DNA of 64,000 bases from a virus. The first letter of the stretch is position 1, and each line of letters starts with the position of its first letter. Shown one piece after another: positions 48,523 through 59,406 of this stretch. Both the position numbers and the translations under genes were made by a program. The notes under the pieces were generated by a model. The model ran no database searches and was not told the DNA's origin. It was given only the letters and a program-made list of their open reading frames with translations. The stretch covers positions 12,247-76,246 of IMG/VR virus record IMGVR_UViG_3300028835_002196, one strand, 5' to 3'.

Positions 48523-49244
48523 TAAATTCCTTTCGCTTTTTGCATTTCTGCATATTGTATAAGGTCCTGTTTAGTAAGATTCATCCCCAGGTAACTCATC
48601 ATGATCCTTACCAGGTCCATGTGTTTCTCTTTTCCCCATTCAAATTCAGTAGATGTCCCCGAAGCATAAATTATCTCATTATCTACAATTGTATAATCAA
48701 ACACCGGCTCAACAGGCATTCTATAATAATGAATATCCACGGCATTAATTGTGTTAGGATAAAGGTCAAACCGGTCATTCGGAGATTCTGTCATATTCCT
48801 TCTCATCACGGTAACAGGATATTTTGCCGATGGTGCTTTAGTGAAATTTCCCCTCCTGTCTGCCAGCTCACTCTCACGGAGCAATTCGACCGGTCGGGGA
48901 AATGTTCGGGCTTGCCCGTCTACTGTAGTCTGCCAATTATAAGTCATAGAATCCCAATACACATAACCCGTTGGTATTGCAAAAGCCCCGCTACTAACAG
49001 CTTGATCAAATACATGTAGCTTGAAAGCACTTATCTCTGCCAAGGCTTTATGGTTCATTTCAAAATATTCCCTGGCCACCGGTGTTCCTGGTTGGTATTC
49101 CTCCGGTAATCCCGTAACTTTTTTAAACAAGTCAATATTTGCAGCTATAATAGCCAACTTATAATGTTCGGGCTTAAAAAAATTGCCATTAAAATCTTTA
49201 TCACCAATAAATTTGATAAAATCATACATTTGCATTAATGTCAT
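48522..49244 (-). CDS. Tail ring/adaptor protein (P22 gp4-like)
   Basis: K...G.F.P..Y, P....P and Y.R.P..P.F.Y pattern. Confidence 0.6.
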   Translation of the reverse strand: MTLMQMYDFIKFIGDKDFNGNFFKPEHYKLAIIAANIDLFKKVTGLPEEYQPGTPVAREYFEMNHKALAEISAFKLHVFDQAVSSGAFAIPTGYVYWDSMTYNWQTTVDGQARTFPRPVELLRESELADRRGNFTKAPSAKYPVTVMRRNMTESPNDRFDLYPNTINAVDIHYYRMPVEPVFDYTIVDNEIIYASGTSTEFEWGKEKHMDLVRIMMSYLGMNLTKQDLIQYAEMQKAKGI

Positions 49245-49247
49245 AGC

Positions 49248-49817
49248 TTACTTTTTTTTCTTTTTATCGGGTTTTGATATTTTTTTCTCTTCTTTAAATT
49301 CGATAATAAATAAAACCCCATCCATAGCACTCTGGGGAAGATCATCCGGCACCAAATTAAAAGGAATCAGGTAAGGCTCAAAATCGCTCTCCTCTTCAAG
49401 AAAATCATTAAATTTTTCAAGCTGCTCTTTCCTTTCCTTAATTTCCTTTTTGTATTTATTCTCTAGTTTTTCAAAAGCCCGGGAATATTCACTATCGGGA
49501 TCGCCCTGCCCCTCTATATCATATCTTTCTCCTTTCACCCGCCCTTCTACAGTAGGAATAATAATGTTTTTACCTTCTTCGTCTTTGCGACAAAACTTCT
49601 TGCTCAGCCCTTGTTCTTCCTTTCGATACTTACTATAATCCTCCGAGGACTTAATCGCTTCCTCTACATCTTTAAGATGATTATTAAGCATCCATTTGTT
49701 CTTACTAACAGCAAGTTTAAAATTAATAATACCTTTTTTCTTCACATTCTCATAAGATACCTTGTCAGGAACAGCATTTAAACCGTCTCTCATTACATAC
49801 AATTCGTCATTTTTCAT
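49248..49817 (-). CDS. Hypothetical protein, possible fibre assembly chaperone
   Basis: Charged helical 189-aa ORF immediately after the fibre gene. Confidence 0.5.
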   Translation of the reverse strand: MKNDELYVMRDGLNAVPDKVSYENVKKKGIINFKLAVSKNKWMLNNHLKDVEEAIKSSEDYSKYRKEEQGLSKKFCRKDEEGKNIIIPTVEGRVKGERYDIEGQGDPDSEYSRAFEKLENKYKKEIKERKEQLEKFNDFLEEESDFEPYLIPFNLVPDDLPQSAMDGVLFIIEFKEEKKISKPDKKKKK

Positions 49818-49854
49818 AACTATAACTATTTAATTAATAAAAAAATACAATATA

Positions 49855-52800
49855 TCAATTTTTTAAAAGTTCAACTTCATCTTCCAGGTCTTTAACTCGT
49901 TTCTCTAACTGAATTATTTTATCCTCATGTGACTTAGTAATATTATAATGCTGCTTAATTCCTGCCATCATAACAGGAATTAATTTTGATGGGGATATCA
50001 TCTTATAATCTGATTCAGGGTCAACAGAAACCATATCAGGAAATATCTGCTCAACTTCATCAGCAATCCAGCCATGAGATTCAAGTTTATTAGAATCCCT
50101 TTTCCAATTGTATACCCGATATTGCATCTGTTTAATAATACTCAATCCATCAATATTATAATCTTTTATGTTTTCCTTTAATGTAATATCAGATGTAAAA
50201 GCAAATTGAATAGAATCAGTATCGTAATTTATATTTGCAATACCACCATAATCTCCGTCAAAAAATTTAATAGGATAATTATTAGTTGAAACAACATCTT
50301 CGCCACATTGAATCCCGATTCCCCACCTAGTAGTAAAACCACCATCGTTGAAAAAAAATCCTGCATATCCTGCAGCAACAGCCGTATTTGCTGTTATTCT
50401 ACCTGTAACAGTCGCTCCTACAGAAGTCGTTTCAAATTTCTTCACTCCAGCATAATAAAAATCCACTGCCCCGTCAGGATCGGCATAAATTAATGCTTTG
50501 TTTGAACCAGCAGCATTTTCACCTTGCATTATAATACGACCACCGTGTTTAAGACTTCTTATAAAGAAATCTGTATCATCGTGATATATTCTGCTAACAT
50601 CTGTTCCAAATAATATGTAATCACTAACTCCAAGATATATATAAGCGTTACAATAAAGATTGCCTGTAAATCTTCCTGTTCCGTTTACGTCTAATATGTA
50701 AGAAGGTGTTGAATCCAAGATTCCAACTTTTCCATCGTTTAGCATAGTAATTACATTACTACCAAGAGCATAATTGTAAAAAAACATACTGTCATTACTA
50801 CTTTCAAACTTTTGTAGCCATTTATTAGCTCCATCATCTTGAAACTGAAGACGGATATCATTACCTGCCCCACCAGCATCAAGATTCAAATAGCAATGTC
50901 CTGCATTTGCCTCTAAATTAAGTGTGGCAGATGTTGCTCCATAAATATCTAATAAAGAACCTGTTATTCTTACTCCTGTTGAAGTTGTTTCAAGTTTTAG
51001 AGCAGTAGGAGCAGTTGAACCATATCTTAATTGAACCTCAGTTGTAGTTAAATACAACAATGAATTAACAGAAGCCTGAGCAAGCCCATTTGTTATAAAA
51101 CACATATAACCACCCGCAGTAGCAGCTTTAATATAATTTGCAGAATTTCTTGTAAAGTCTATTGTTTGAGGTAATATTTGTGTTTCATAAGTTGCCCCTT
51201 TTACTTTAAAGGTTGTTCCATCAAAAATAAGATTTGTTTCAGAAATTAATTTTCCATTTGCATCTGTTGTAATAAGAGCATTATCATTATTTAAAGTTCC
51301 AATAATTACATCATCTGTAAATCTTCCTGTTCCAGTTACGTCTAATGAATAAGTAGGATCATTATTATTTATCCCTAATTTAGTAGCACAATATGTTTTA
51401 AGATCACTAATGAAAAATAAAATATTACCCCCCCCACTAGTACTAGTATCTGATAAAAAGTAAAAATGATTTTCTAGAAAATCGTCATTTTGATCTACAT
51501 TGAAATAAATATTTTGATCACCAGCAAACAATAAATTACCACCACTAAAACTAGGTCCTGCAGCTACACTTTTTGTACTAGTAAGAGTATCTGTAAACCT
51601 CCCTGTTCCGTTTACGTCTAATTGATACGAAGGAGAATCATCGTTAATTCCAACTTTTCCATCTGATAGTATTCTTATTCTTTCAGAACCACCTGCAAAT
51701 AACTTCATATTATCACCTATGGCACCAATTCTTACCTTTGCATTATCAGTTGTAGTGTTGTCCATAAAAGAAAGGAACACATTTGCATCAGTAGACTCAA
51801 ACGTAACCATAACATCTTGAGATGACTTTACATAAAGTTGTTTAACAGGATTTATTACATTTATTCCTACTTTTCCATCTGCTAAAATCGTAAATCTGTC
51901 AGTGCGTTGATCAAATAATTCCCCTGTTGAAGAAGTAACTGATGCAATCGCTAACCTATTAGCTGCTTGATCATTTCTTATTCTCCAACCTATACCTGCT
52001 TCATCCAAAGCAAAATCTGTACTCGTTCCCGAAGCTGTTTTCAGATGTAATAATTCAATTGGACTTGTTGTTCCAATTCCTACGTTTCCACTATCAAGTA
52101 AAATCATTTTCGTATCACCAGAATCATAGTCATAGAAATTAAGCGAAGTACCACCTAACGGATCATTTGCTAAATAAATTGATTTAGAATCTAAATTATT
52201 TCTTGTAAATTTTAATACAGGAGAACTCTCATCATCTGTTTCTATTTCTAATCTTTGTGCTCCTGCTCCTTGAATATGAAGTTTCTCCTGAGGACTTGCT
52301 GTTCCAATTCCTAATCCAGTTACAGTAAAAACAAGGTTTGCCGAATAAAGAAAATCATCTCCTGCTACATTCATATATGGAATCTGAGTAGTAGTCCCTA
52401 AAGAAACACCCCCGGTAGGTACAGACCATCCCCCTGTACCATCAAGATATTCAGTAACTACATTAGAAAGAATAGGCAATAACCCAACAGCAGTTGAAGT
52501 AGCCGTAGCTATAATATCTCCGCCTCCTGTTATATGAGAGGAAGCATGAGCCGTAGGAGTACGTGCATCCGAAAGCCTTGCATCATTTCCGACACAAGCA
52601 GTAGAAGCAGCCGAACCATAAACTACATTATCTCCATGAATATTTACAGCTCCCTGATCAGCTTCCCATTCATATAAAGTAGCATCTGATAAGGCAGTAT
52701 TCAAGTTGGCCAGAGTATCATTTATTCCATATCCTGCAAAAGTAGTAGGTACTCCGGAAGTAATATCTGACCAAGCATGATTATGAGCAATAGGGGCTGG

Positions 52801-53613
52801 TTGTGACCCTGTTAACTCCGACCAATCCACCGTCCCCCATCCAGGATACGTTGCACCCATTTTTAATACATAATTTTGAGTTCCCTTTGCAAGAACCGCC
52901 CAATCACTTACCTGCCTGGTTATAATATCCCCTGCTGTACCGGGTGCTAAATCTACCAAAGGTAAACTATCTGTATGTGGCCCGGCAGTTGCTAAAGTAT
53001 GAACTTCGCTGTGATGATCATCTACAGAAACATCCGCAATATTATCGTGTGAAATTTTAGTCTCGTCTATTTGAAGTATTCTTGTTTCATCAGCACCCTC
53101 CCCAATGGTAGAAAATTCAAGGATTTCTGACTCATTGCCTCCATAAGATAATGCTAATTTATCCTCTAGGTAACCCGGAGTAGTGTCATTCGATGAAATT
53201 TTGAGTTTAGAAGTAGCTTCTGCAAAATTGGCCCACCCCACTGCTCCTGCTGAATAATCATAAAATAATATCTTGTCTTCCCCCGGGGCCGTTAGATCTT
53301 CAAGCCCTAAATGAGACAATGAAATAACTGCCCCGGTAATATCAATACCTGCCCCTTCGGTATAAAATCCCCCTTCCTCTTCTTCTTCCTCTTCCCCTCC
53401 TCCTGTTGGATTCATTTTTAAAAAAATACTCTTAATAGTGCTATCAAAAACCGTATCAATATCATATTTTCTCCCCGCCTTAAAAGCAAAAGAACTTCTC
53501 GAGGCAATAGGAACACGATCTTTTACAACAAAAACCTTCCCTTCTCTGACAACATATCCATTTGCTCTCAGAAGTCTAATTTTTTCTTCAGTATTATATG
53601 AAACAGTATCCAT
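49855..53613 (-). CDS. Tail fibre with C-terminal Peptidase S74 intramolecular chaperone
   Basis: Repeated GNVGIGT.SP / GKVGIN modules, SDITLKENI cleavage motif, GWIADEVE.IFP and a terminal coiled coil. Confidence 0.85.
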   Translation of the reverse strand: MDTVSYNTEEKIRLLRANGYVVREGKVFVVKDRVPIASRSSFAFKAGRKYDIDTVFDSTIKSIFLKMNPTGGGEEEEEEEGGFYTEGAGIDITGAVISLSHLGLEDLTAPGEDKILFYDYSAGAVGWANFAEATSKLKISSNDTTPGYLEDKLALSYGGNESEILEFSTIGEGADETRILQIDETKISHDNIADVSVDDHHSEVHTLATAGPHTDSLPLVDLAPGTAGDIITRQVSDWAVLAKGTQNYVLKMGATYPGWGTVDWSELTGSQPAPIAHNHAWSDITSGVPTTFAGYGINDTLANLNTALSDATLYEWEADQGAVNIHGDNVVYGSAASTACVGNDARLSDARTPTAHASSHITGGGDIIATATSTAVGLLPILSNVVTEYLDGTGGWSVPTGGVSLGTTTQIPYMNVAGDDFLYSANLVFTVTGLGIGTASPQEKLHIQGAGAQRLEIETDDESSPVLKFTRNNLDSKSIYLANDPLGGTSLNFYDYDSGDTKMILLDSGNVGIGTTSPIELLHLKTASGTSTDFALDEAGIGWRIRNDQAANRLAIASVTSSTGELFDQRTDRFTILADGKVGINVINPVKQLYVKSSQDVMVTFESTDANVFLSFMDNTTTDNAKVRIGAIGDNMKLFAGGSERIRILSDGKVGINDDSPSYQLDVNGTGRFTDTLTSTKSVAAGPSFSGGNLLFAGDQNIYFNVDQNDDFLENHFYFLSDTSTSGGGNILFFISDLKTYCATKLGINNNDPTYSLDVTGTGRFTDDVIIGTLNNDNALITTDANGKLISETNLIFDGTTFKVKGATYETQILPQTIDFTRNSANYIKAATAGGYMCFITNGLAQASVNSLLYLTTTEVQLRYGSTAPTALKLETTSTGVRITGSLLDIYGATSATLNLEANAGHCYLNLDAGGAGNDIRLQFQDDGANKWLQKFESSNDSMFFYNYALGSNVITMLNDGKVGILDSTPSYILDVNGTGRFTGNLYCNAYIYLGVSDYILFGTDVSRIYHDDTDFFIRSLKHGGRIIMQGENAAGSNKALIYADPDGAVDFYYAGVKKFETTSVGATVTGRITANTAVAAGYAGFFFNDGGFTTRWGIGIQCGEDVVSTNNYPIKFFDGDYGGIANINYDTDSIQFAFTSDITLKENIKDYNIDGLSIIKQMQYRVYNWKRDSNKLESHGWIADEVEQIFPDMVSVDPESDYKMISPSKLIPVMMAGIKQHYNITKSHEDKIIQLEKRVKDLEDEVELLKN
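50664..51622 (+). repeat. Three ~32-bp dispersed repeats in the fibre gene
   Basis: CTGTAAATCTTCCTGTTCCGTTTACGTCTAAT-like copies at 50664, 51315 and 51591 (LDVxGTGRFT). Confidence 0.8.
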
Positions 53614-53614
53614 G

Positions 53615-56600
53615 TTATGTAACTATTTTTAAAGTTCCGGAATCATTCCATATATCCCCCGAATTTAAGCCGGAAGGACTAGTTGGAACATTACCAAAAT
53701 TAGGTTGGGCATTTATAGTTACCGTTCCCTGCTGGTTGTTATCTTCTCCTTTTATTATAAGCAAAGGATTTCCTTTCCCACTTCCTATGGTTGTTGAACG
53801 ATATTTTGTACTCCCCCCCTGATAACCAAACATATTTATATAAATATATCCTGAATCAAAATTCGCTCCATCTTCCCGTATTTCTCTGCCTGTAACTTTA
53901 ATTTTCTGAGAAGCAAATCCCACAAAAGATATGTCTATAACTTCTCTTAGTCCGCACTGCCCCGAATTAGGTCCCCCCTCTGCATTAACATAAAAGTTAG
54001 GAAGGTGTAATGAACCATCTGCCATAAATGTTGCCGTTCCTGGGGTTGCATAACCATCTGTCAGTTTCTCCGCTCCATGATGAATTGAGTTACTCGATAA
54101 ATCCCATCCTCCGATATTTCCATCACTTGCATTAACCGTTCCTTTAATTGTTAAGGTTTCTTCCGAAGAATCCCATGTTAAATAACCACTTGTCCCACTT
54201 AAGAAAAAATCACCGTTACTGGCCATGTAAGTTTTCCAGGCACCTCCATTGTAATAACCCAAATGTGTAGAACCTAGATATAATCCTGCTCCGTCAGGAG
54301 TAGCTGCACGGTCTATCAATCCATCTGCGTCATTAGGAATTAACCCTAATGCTGTTGTAGCGTCTGCCTGTGCTGCATCTGCGGCGGTGTCATCAGTAAA
54401 TCCGGCATCATTATTAAGGTCCGAAGTATTTATGTCACCGGGATTAGAAATTATAATTTTCCCTGTTAAATAAACATTGTCTGAATATGATCCAAAACCG
54501 GGTGAAGCAGGAACAATTCCATAGCTGGCAAGATTTTCAAGATTCCCGTCTTGTAATCCTACATTATCTAAATCAGTAAAGGCTGCAAGACTGTCTACCC
54601 CTGTTAATACTCTTCTAAAAGGTCCATCACTATCAGAAACAGTAGTATATATCATTGCCTGCCTGTCAGTATTGGTAGGATGTCCTCTTTGAGTGATAAC
54701 ATCACCTATTGCAACATCCGTTATTGCACCATTTCCCCCGGCTACAGCAAAATTTAAAGTAAGAGTAAGTCCTGTTATTGCTGTTATTTGCCCCCTACAA
54801 TCAGAAAATACTGCTTTGTTGATATCAATAGCCTTAATCCAGAAAAAATCATTAACAGCAAAAGCGGATGTTCCTTTATTGTTTGGATCCTCAAGGGTTA
54901 TTTTACTCTCCCCTGTATTTATACTCGCCACCTTACCTCTTGCAATAGACATCAAATTTGTTCCTGCAATAATAGAAAGTTGATCTATTATTAACTCCCG
55001 AAATCGTGCAGCACCTCGTACTAAAATATTTTCTACTTCTTCATCTCCGGCTGATGTTATTTGCCAGTTACTACCAAACCACCCTGATGAAAATAAAGAA
55101 TTTTGAACATTTGCTTCGGCAAATAAATTACCCGTAACCCTTACTGTTCCCGTAACATCAAATTTATAGGCCCCTGGGGCTGCTCCAATTCCTACATTAC
55201 CACTATTGTTATTATATATATCATCACCTGTTACTGTCCAAAAACCACCAGTCGTAAAGTTTAGATTATCCTGCATATAGGTTTGGAGAACGGAAATATC
55301 CATCCTTTTTATAACTCCTGCATCACTCAGCACTAATTCATCTGTATTCACCAGGCCAGATGTTAATTCTGCCTGTCCTGTTATAGCAGAAACGGTTAAG
55401 GTTGTTGTTCCAAGCCCAACTGATGTTACGTGGCCGGTATGATCTCCGTGTGCACCACCTGAACTACTCCACTCAGGATATGTAGCACCCATTTTTAATA
55501 CATAATCCTCCGTCCCCCCCCCAAGCACGGCCCAATCGGCAGCACCTCCATACATTAAAGCTCCTACTGCATAATTATCAAGATCCGTTAAAGGCAATGC
55601 CCCTGTATGATCTCCTGACGTTGCCAGAATATGTGCCTGGTTATGATGATCGTCCGCAGAAACATCACCAATACTATCATGCGAAATCTTACTCTCGTCT
55701 AATTGAAGTTGACGAATTTCGCCCCCCCCAGGACTTAAGGTAGTAAGCTCAAGTATATTTGTCACATTCCCCCCATGAGATACCGTAAATTTGTCTTCGA
55801 TAAATCCCATGGTAGTATCATCAGCAGATATTTTTAATTCTCCATAATCAGTTAATGAAATAACTTTCCCCTGAACATCAATATCAATACCGGTACCTTC
55901 GGTATAAAATCCACCACCCTGTCCTCCCCCCCATTCAGGACAGGCATCAACCTGTACACTTGAACCGGAAGGACACATATCAATATCCGACTTTTCAATA
56001 ATTTCCCTTATTGTTTCCGCTTGCCTGTCCGCTTCTTCTAAATCTACATACATCCAGGCAATATCAAGTAATTGCCAGGCTGTATTAATTTGTTGTAACC
56101 TTTCCCTGAACACCCCTGCCCTGCTTGGATTTACTCCAATATATCCCCGGTACATGGTAAGCATCTCATCAACACTACTATAAAAAGAACTGATACATGC
56201 CCCGGTCACACAATGCGTAACTGTCTGGGTCCCCCCCCAGCGATATTCAAGATCATCTCCCTGTTTATAATCAACCACTGAGGTTACAATTATTGTCCAC
56301 TCATTTGTATAAATAGGATCTACTTCATAGGATGCTAATGTGGTTACTATGTCGGGAAGTGATAAATCCGTAGGATATTGTATTCTATGCTCCCTTGTAA
56401 GAAGAGAAATATCACTGCCATAATCCGTATTATCATTACTCCTTAATTTTGCAGAATAAGGACCACTATCCACGTTAACGGCCATCGTAGGATTGTCAAA
56501 ATGAAATCCGTAAACGTTAGAATTTTCATAAGTGTTCTCTGAAACCGTGTCTTTAACACTATACTTAATAGTATACTGCCCTTTCATCACCTGATAATCA

Positions 56601-56851
56601 TTCAGGGGATCAAGAATAAGATATATTAAAGTAGTCATCTGCCGTGACGTACCGGGTACTATATCGGGATTGTTAAAGTCTGTATTTTCATAGATTACTC
56701 CTGAAGGGCCGGAAACCTTTACGATACCAACAAAGTCATTAATATCTTCTCCCAGGCCCGAATAATCAATAGTGTCATAGATCTCAACTGTTCTGTTTGG
56801 GGTGAGGTCTAATCTAAATTTCGTGTCAAATTGAACATCAGAATTTTCCAT
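53615..56851 (-). CDS. Tail fibre / fibre-attachment protein
   Basis: GNVGIG, G..G..W.I...G.....N..VRG, G.IGGW and C-terminal PTS.SGL.SGDIWNDSGTLKI motifs. Confidence 0.75.
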   Translation of the reverse strand: MENSDVQFDTKFRLDLTPNRTVEIYDTIDYSGLGEDINDFVGIVKVSGPSGVIYENTDFNNPDIVPGTSRQMTTLIYLILDPLNDYQVMKGQYTIKYSVKDTVSENTYENSNVYGFHFDNPTMAVNVDSGPYSAKLRSNDNTDYGSDISLLTREHRIQYPTDLSLPDIVTTLASYEVDPIYTNEWTIIVTSVVDYKQGDDLEYRWGGTQTVTHCVTGACISSFYSSVDEMLTMYRGYIGVNPSRAGVFRERLQQINTAWQLLDIAWMYVDLEEADRQAETIREIIEKSDIDMCPSGSSVQVDACPEWGGGQGGGFYTEGTGIDIDVQGKVISLTDYGELKISADDTTMGFIEDKFTVSHGGNVTNILELTTLSPGGGEIRQLQLDESKISHDSIGDVSADDHHNQAHILATSGDHTGALPLTDLDNYAVGALMYGGAADWAVLGGGTEDYVLKMGATYPEWSSSGGAHGDHTGHVTSVGLGTTTLTVSAITGQAELTSGLVNTDELVLSDAGVIKRMDISVLQTYMQDNLNFTTGGFWTVTGDDIYNNNSGNVGIGAAPGAYKFDVTGTVRVTGNLFAEANVQNSLFSSGWFGSNWQITSAGDEEVENILVRGAARFRELIIDQLSIIAGTNLMSIARGKVASINTGESKITLEDPNNKGTSAFAVNDFFWIKAIDINKAVFSDCRGQITAITGLTLTLNFAVAGGNGAITDVAIGDVITQRGHPTNTDRQAMIYTTVSDSDGPFRRVLTGVDSLAAFTDLDNVGLQDGNLENLASYGIVPASPGFGSYSDNVYLTGKIIISNPGDINTSDLNNDAGFTDDTAADAAQADATTALGLIPNDADGLIDRAATPDGAGLYLGSTHLGYYNGGAWKTYMASNGDFFLSGTSGYLTWDSSEETLTIKGTVNASDGNIGGWDLSSNSIHHGAEKLTDGYATPGTATFMADGSLHLPNFYVNAEGGPNSGQCGLREVIDISFVGFASQKIKVTGREIREDGANFDSGYIYINMFGYQGGSTKYRSTTIGSGKGNPLLIIKGEDNNQQGTVTINAQPNFGNVPTSPSGLNSGDIWNDSGTLKIVT

Positions 56852-56866
56852 AAAGTTAAAAATATC

Positions 56867-56901
56867 AAAAGGGATACCGCTAAAAAGCAGTACCCTTTTT
56901 T
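56867..56901. terminator. Terminator-like hairpin
   Basis: AAAAGGG...CCCTTTT imperfect stem downstream of 56938..57864. Confidence 0.5.
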
Positions 56902-56937
56902 ATAAATACTTCATTCAATATCAAAGACCGTTATATA

Positions 56938-57864
56938 CTACACCGGTCCTGCCCCTGGCTCCGTATCAAGCTCTTTCTTCGCTTCTTCCATTGCTCCTAA
57001 TCCTTCAAGCTCTGCATCAAGACGTTCTTTGAAATCGGAATTATTCTGATACCATTCAAGCATGGCGTTTTCTGGTAATGTCTTGGTCAGTACCTTACAA
57101 ATACTTTCGGCCTTCTCCCCTTCCACTGTTCTCCATCTCCAAGTACGAGATCTTGGATCAAAATGAAACAATTTAAGGTCTAAGGCTGTCTGTATTTTTC
57201 CCCTGGCCTCTAAAAACTCTTTTGATTTTGATAACTCAAAAAAGTTCTCAATACCATGTTTAGTATCACGCTTAACACTTAAATCAACAGCAACCCTTAC
57301 CTGATTAATATGCAACTTATCAACATTAGGAATAAAATAAGCTTTTGCAAGGGCTCTTAATTCTTTTTCCGGCAATCCAATTTCTGAATCGTTTAACAGA
57401 ACTTCATATCTTGATATGATAGCTTTTCTGTTGACCGTATCAGTAGCAATTCTAACAAGGTCTTCTATCATAAAATATGATTTCTTTCTAAATTGCTTAT
57501 CAATCGCCCCATTATAACAATGAGGAGATTTATAATACAAGAAATACAACAATTCAAGATCCATCTCTGTTAATGTTGCATCTCCCATAAAACCAAGATT
57601 TCTCGGAGTATATTTTGTTCTATTCAGGGCATCATATGATATAGAATTAGCCCATCTCCACTCTTCTGTCTCACCATCCCGGTTTCTGAATATATTCCTG
57701 CAAGGAATATTAATACTCCGTGGTTTATCCGGTAACCTATTCACTGTACTTGAGCGAACAAGGTTTGCAGGATAAACAAGTTTGAGAGGAAAAGAAAATT
57801 TTGCACGAAGCTCCTTTTTCTCTCTGTCCGTCATTTTGTAAATTACTCCATTTTTAAACAACAT
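56938..57864 (-). CDS. Conserved protein downstream of the major capsid gene (crAss-like head block)
   Basis: Gene order portal / scaffold-like / MCP / this gene; function unknown. Confidence 0.55.
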   Translation of the reverse strand: MLFKNGVIYKMTDREKKELRAKFSFPLKLVYPANLVRSSTVNRLPDKPRSINIPCRNIFRNRDGETEEWRWANSISYDALNRTKYTPRNLGFMGDATLTEMDLELLYFLYYKSPHCYNGAIDKQFRKKSYFMIEDLVRIATDTVNRKAIISRYEVLLNDSEIGLPEKELRALAKAYFIPNVDKLHINQVRVAVDLSVKRDTKHGIENFFELSKSKEFLEARGKIQTALDLKLFHFDPRSRTWRWRTVEGEKAESICKVLTKTLPENAMLEWYQNNSDFKERLDAELEGLGAMEEAKKELDTEPGAGPV

Positions 57865-57878
57865 ACTTTTTTAGTTTT

Positions 57879-57948
57879 AAAAAAAGGGGATCTCCGGGCT
57901 AATCCGGGGGTTAAGTAAACGCCAGGAATATGCGGGAAATCCCCTTTT
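57879..57948 (-). terminator. Long stem-loop with U tract after the MCP gene
   Basis: Minus strand AAAAGGGGATTTCC ... GGAGATCCCCTTTTTTT enclosing ~40 nt. Confidence 0.6.
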
Positions 57949-57966
57949 CAGTTAACATTACTAATA

Positions 57967-59406
57967 CTACTGAGGATCAAGCAACACGAATTGATTCCCG
58001 CCTCTAAAATGAGCTCCAATGTGGCATCTCATATAGGTTTCGCGTTTATCAAATTCCGTTACCTTCATTCCTTCGCCGGCACCACCAATTGACCAGACCT
58101 CCATACGCCTGTTATAGCGACCCAGGGCCCTGTATCTTACCCCAAGGGATTCGACCAGTTTCTTGGATTTAGGATCTTTCCTTTTATTGAGTGGTAACAT
58201 AACTCCTACAGATGGCCAATCCTGACTATAACCGGTATAATAACCTCCAACATCTGCCCAACCACCAACGGTGTTAGAATTACTTAGGTTAGAAAACCTC
58301 TTAAACATAAAAGTTCTCTCATTTTTCGTGAGATATTTAAAGTTTACAGAGGCCCCAAGGCTCTCATTTTTATTGAACAAAACATTGTTAGCCACTTGCC
58401 GGGCATACTGAATATTGGTATCTGCAAAATACAGTTTCAAAACGTCCTCAACTTCTCCCTGTACTTTTATCCCTAAAAGGGAAAGGATATGGTTCCCCGC
58501 GAACTCCCTATCCAGGACCAGGTTAACATCATCAAAATCTGCGATGTCAAATGATCCAATGGTGTAGGGGTGCACATTACCAACACGATTAATATAGGGA
58601 AACAACCCTTCGGTTGTTTTGATTACCCTACCGGTATCGGGGTCAATTGGCTCCGTCCCTGATCTGGATACGTTAGTTGTCCTTTTCTGGAACAGTAATG
58701 CACCATCAATTTTCAAGGTAATCCGATAATCAATATCGAATTGACCAAGATGATAGTATGCGGGAATACTCTTGCCGTCACTTGTAACTTTAAACCATGT
58801 CTGATTTACCATTTCCGTACCGGTCATCCCGATAGTTTCTTTGATAATCTGAGCATCGTTATCGTATTTCCATGCACCCCGGATGGCACCTTCGGGCTGC
58901 CCTGATCCTTCTGAGAAGGAATCCGAAACTATTGGAATATATTCACCTATTTCAAGCTGAGGGAATGTATCGTCTTCATCATTCAGCCTTACGGTGATCG
59001 TAGGGTCTGCCGGTGTGCTAACATCAATATCCTGAATGTATCCGGTCACATCATTACTAAATAACAATGTATCGTACATTCGGGGATAAAATCTATTATT
59101 AGCATCCATGGCATCAGTATCCAGTATAAATACAATATCTGCACCTTGAGCGGGAGCTGATACTTGTGCCCGAACTTTCGCTCGTTCATGTGTCCTGTTC
59201 TCCTCAAAATGATAATATGTATCCTGTGCTACTGATTTCTCAAATCCTAATGATCTAAGCAACTGAAAATAAGCCAGGCCTTGATCATCATACCTCATAA
59301 AGAGGTCATTCAGGTATTCCGGCTTATGAATATCAAATCCGGAAACTACCTCTGATGCGTATATCTCTTGAATAGCATCAGGAGATGTTAAAACTGCTTT
59401 CGGCAT
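57967..59406 (-). CDS. Major capsid protein
   Basis: 479 aa; Y.HFEE.R, FSEGS.QP, QIIKE and TEGL motifs of HK97-fold crAss-like MCPs; expected gene position and a downstream terminator. Confidence 0.8.
   Translation of the reverse strand: MPKAVLTSPDAIQEIYASEVVSGFDIHKPEYLNDLFMRYDDQGLAYFQLLRSLGFEKSVAQDTYYHFEENRTHERAKVRAQVSAPAQGADIVFILDTDAMDANNRFYPRMYDTLLFSNDVTGYIQDIDVSTPADPTITVRLNDEDDTFPQLEIGEYIPIVSDSFSEGSGQPEGAIRGAWKYDNDAQIIKETIGMTGTEMVNQTWFKVTSDGKSIPAYYHLGQFDIDYRITLKIDGALLFQKRTTNVSRSGTEPIDPDTGRVIKTTEGLFPYINRVGNVHPYTIGSFDIADFDDVNLVLDREFAGNHILSLLGIKVQGEVEDVLKLYFADTNIQYARQVANNVLFNKNESLGASVNFKYLTKNERTFMFKRFSNLSNSNTVGGWADVGGYYTGYSQDWPSVGVMLPLNKRKDPKSKKLVESLGVRYRALGRYNRRMEVWSIGGAGEGMKVTEFDKRETYMRCHIGAHFRGGNQFVLLDPQ

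Noticed and set aside
49855-56851. Diversity-generating retroelement or invertase shufflon
   Set aside because: No reverse transcriptase or site-specific recombinase in the window; repeats are direct and differences are not adenine-specific.
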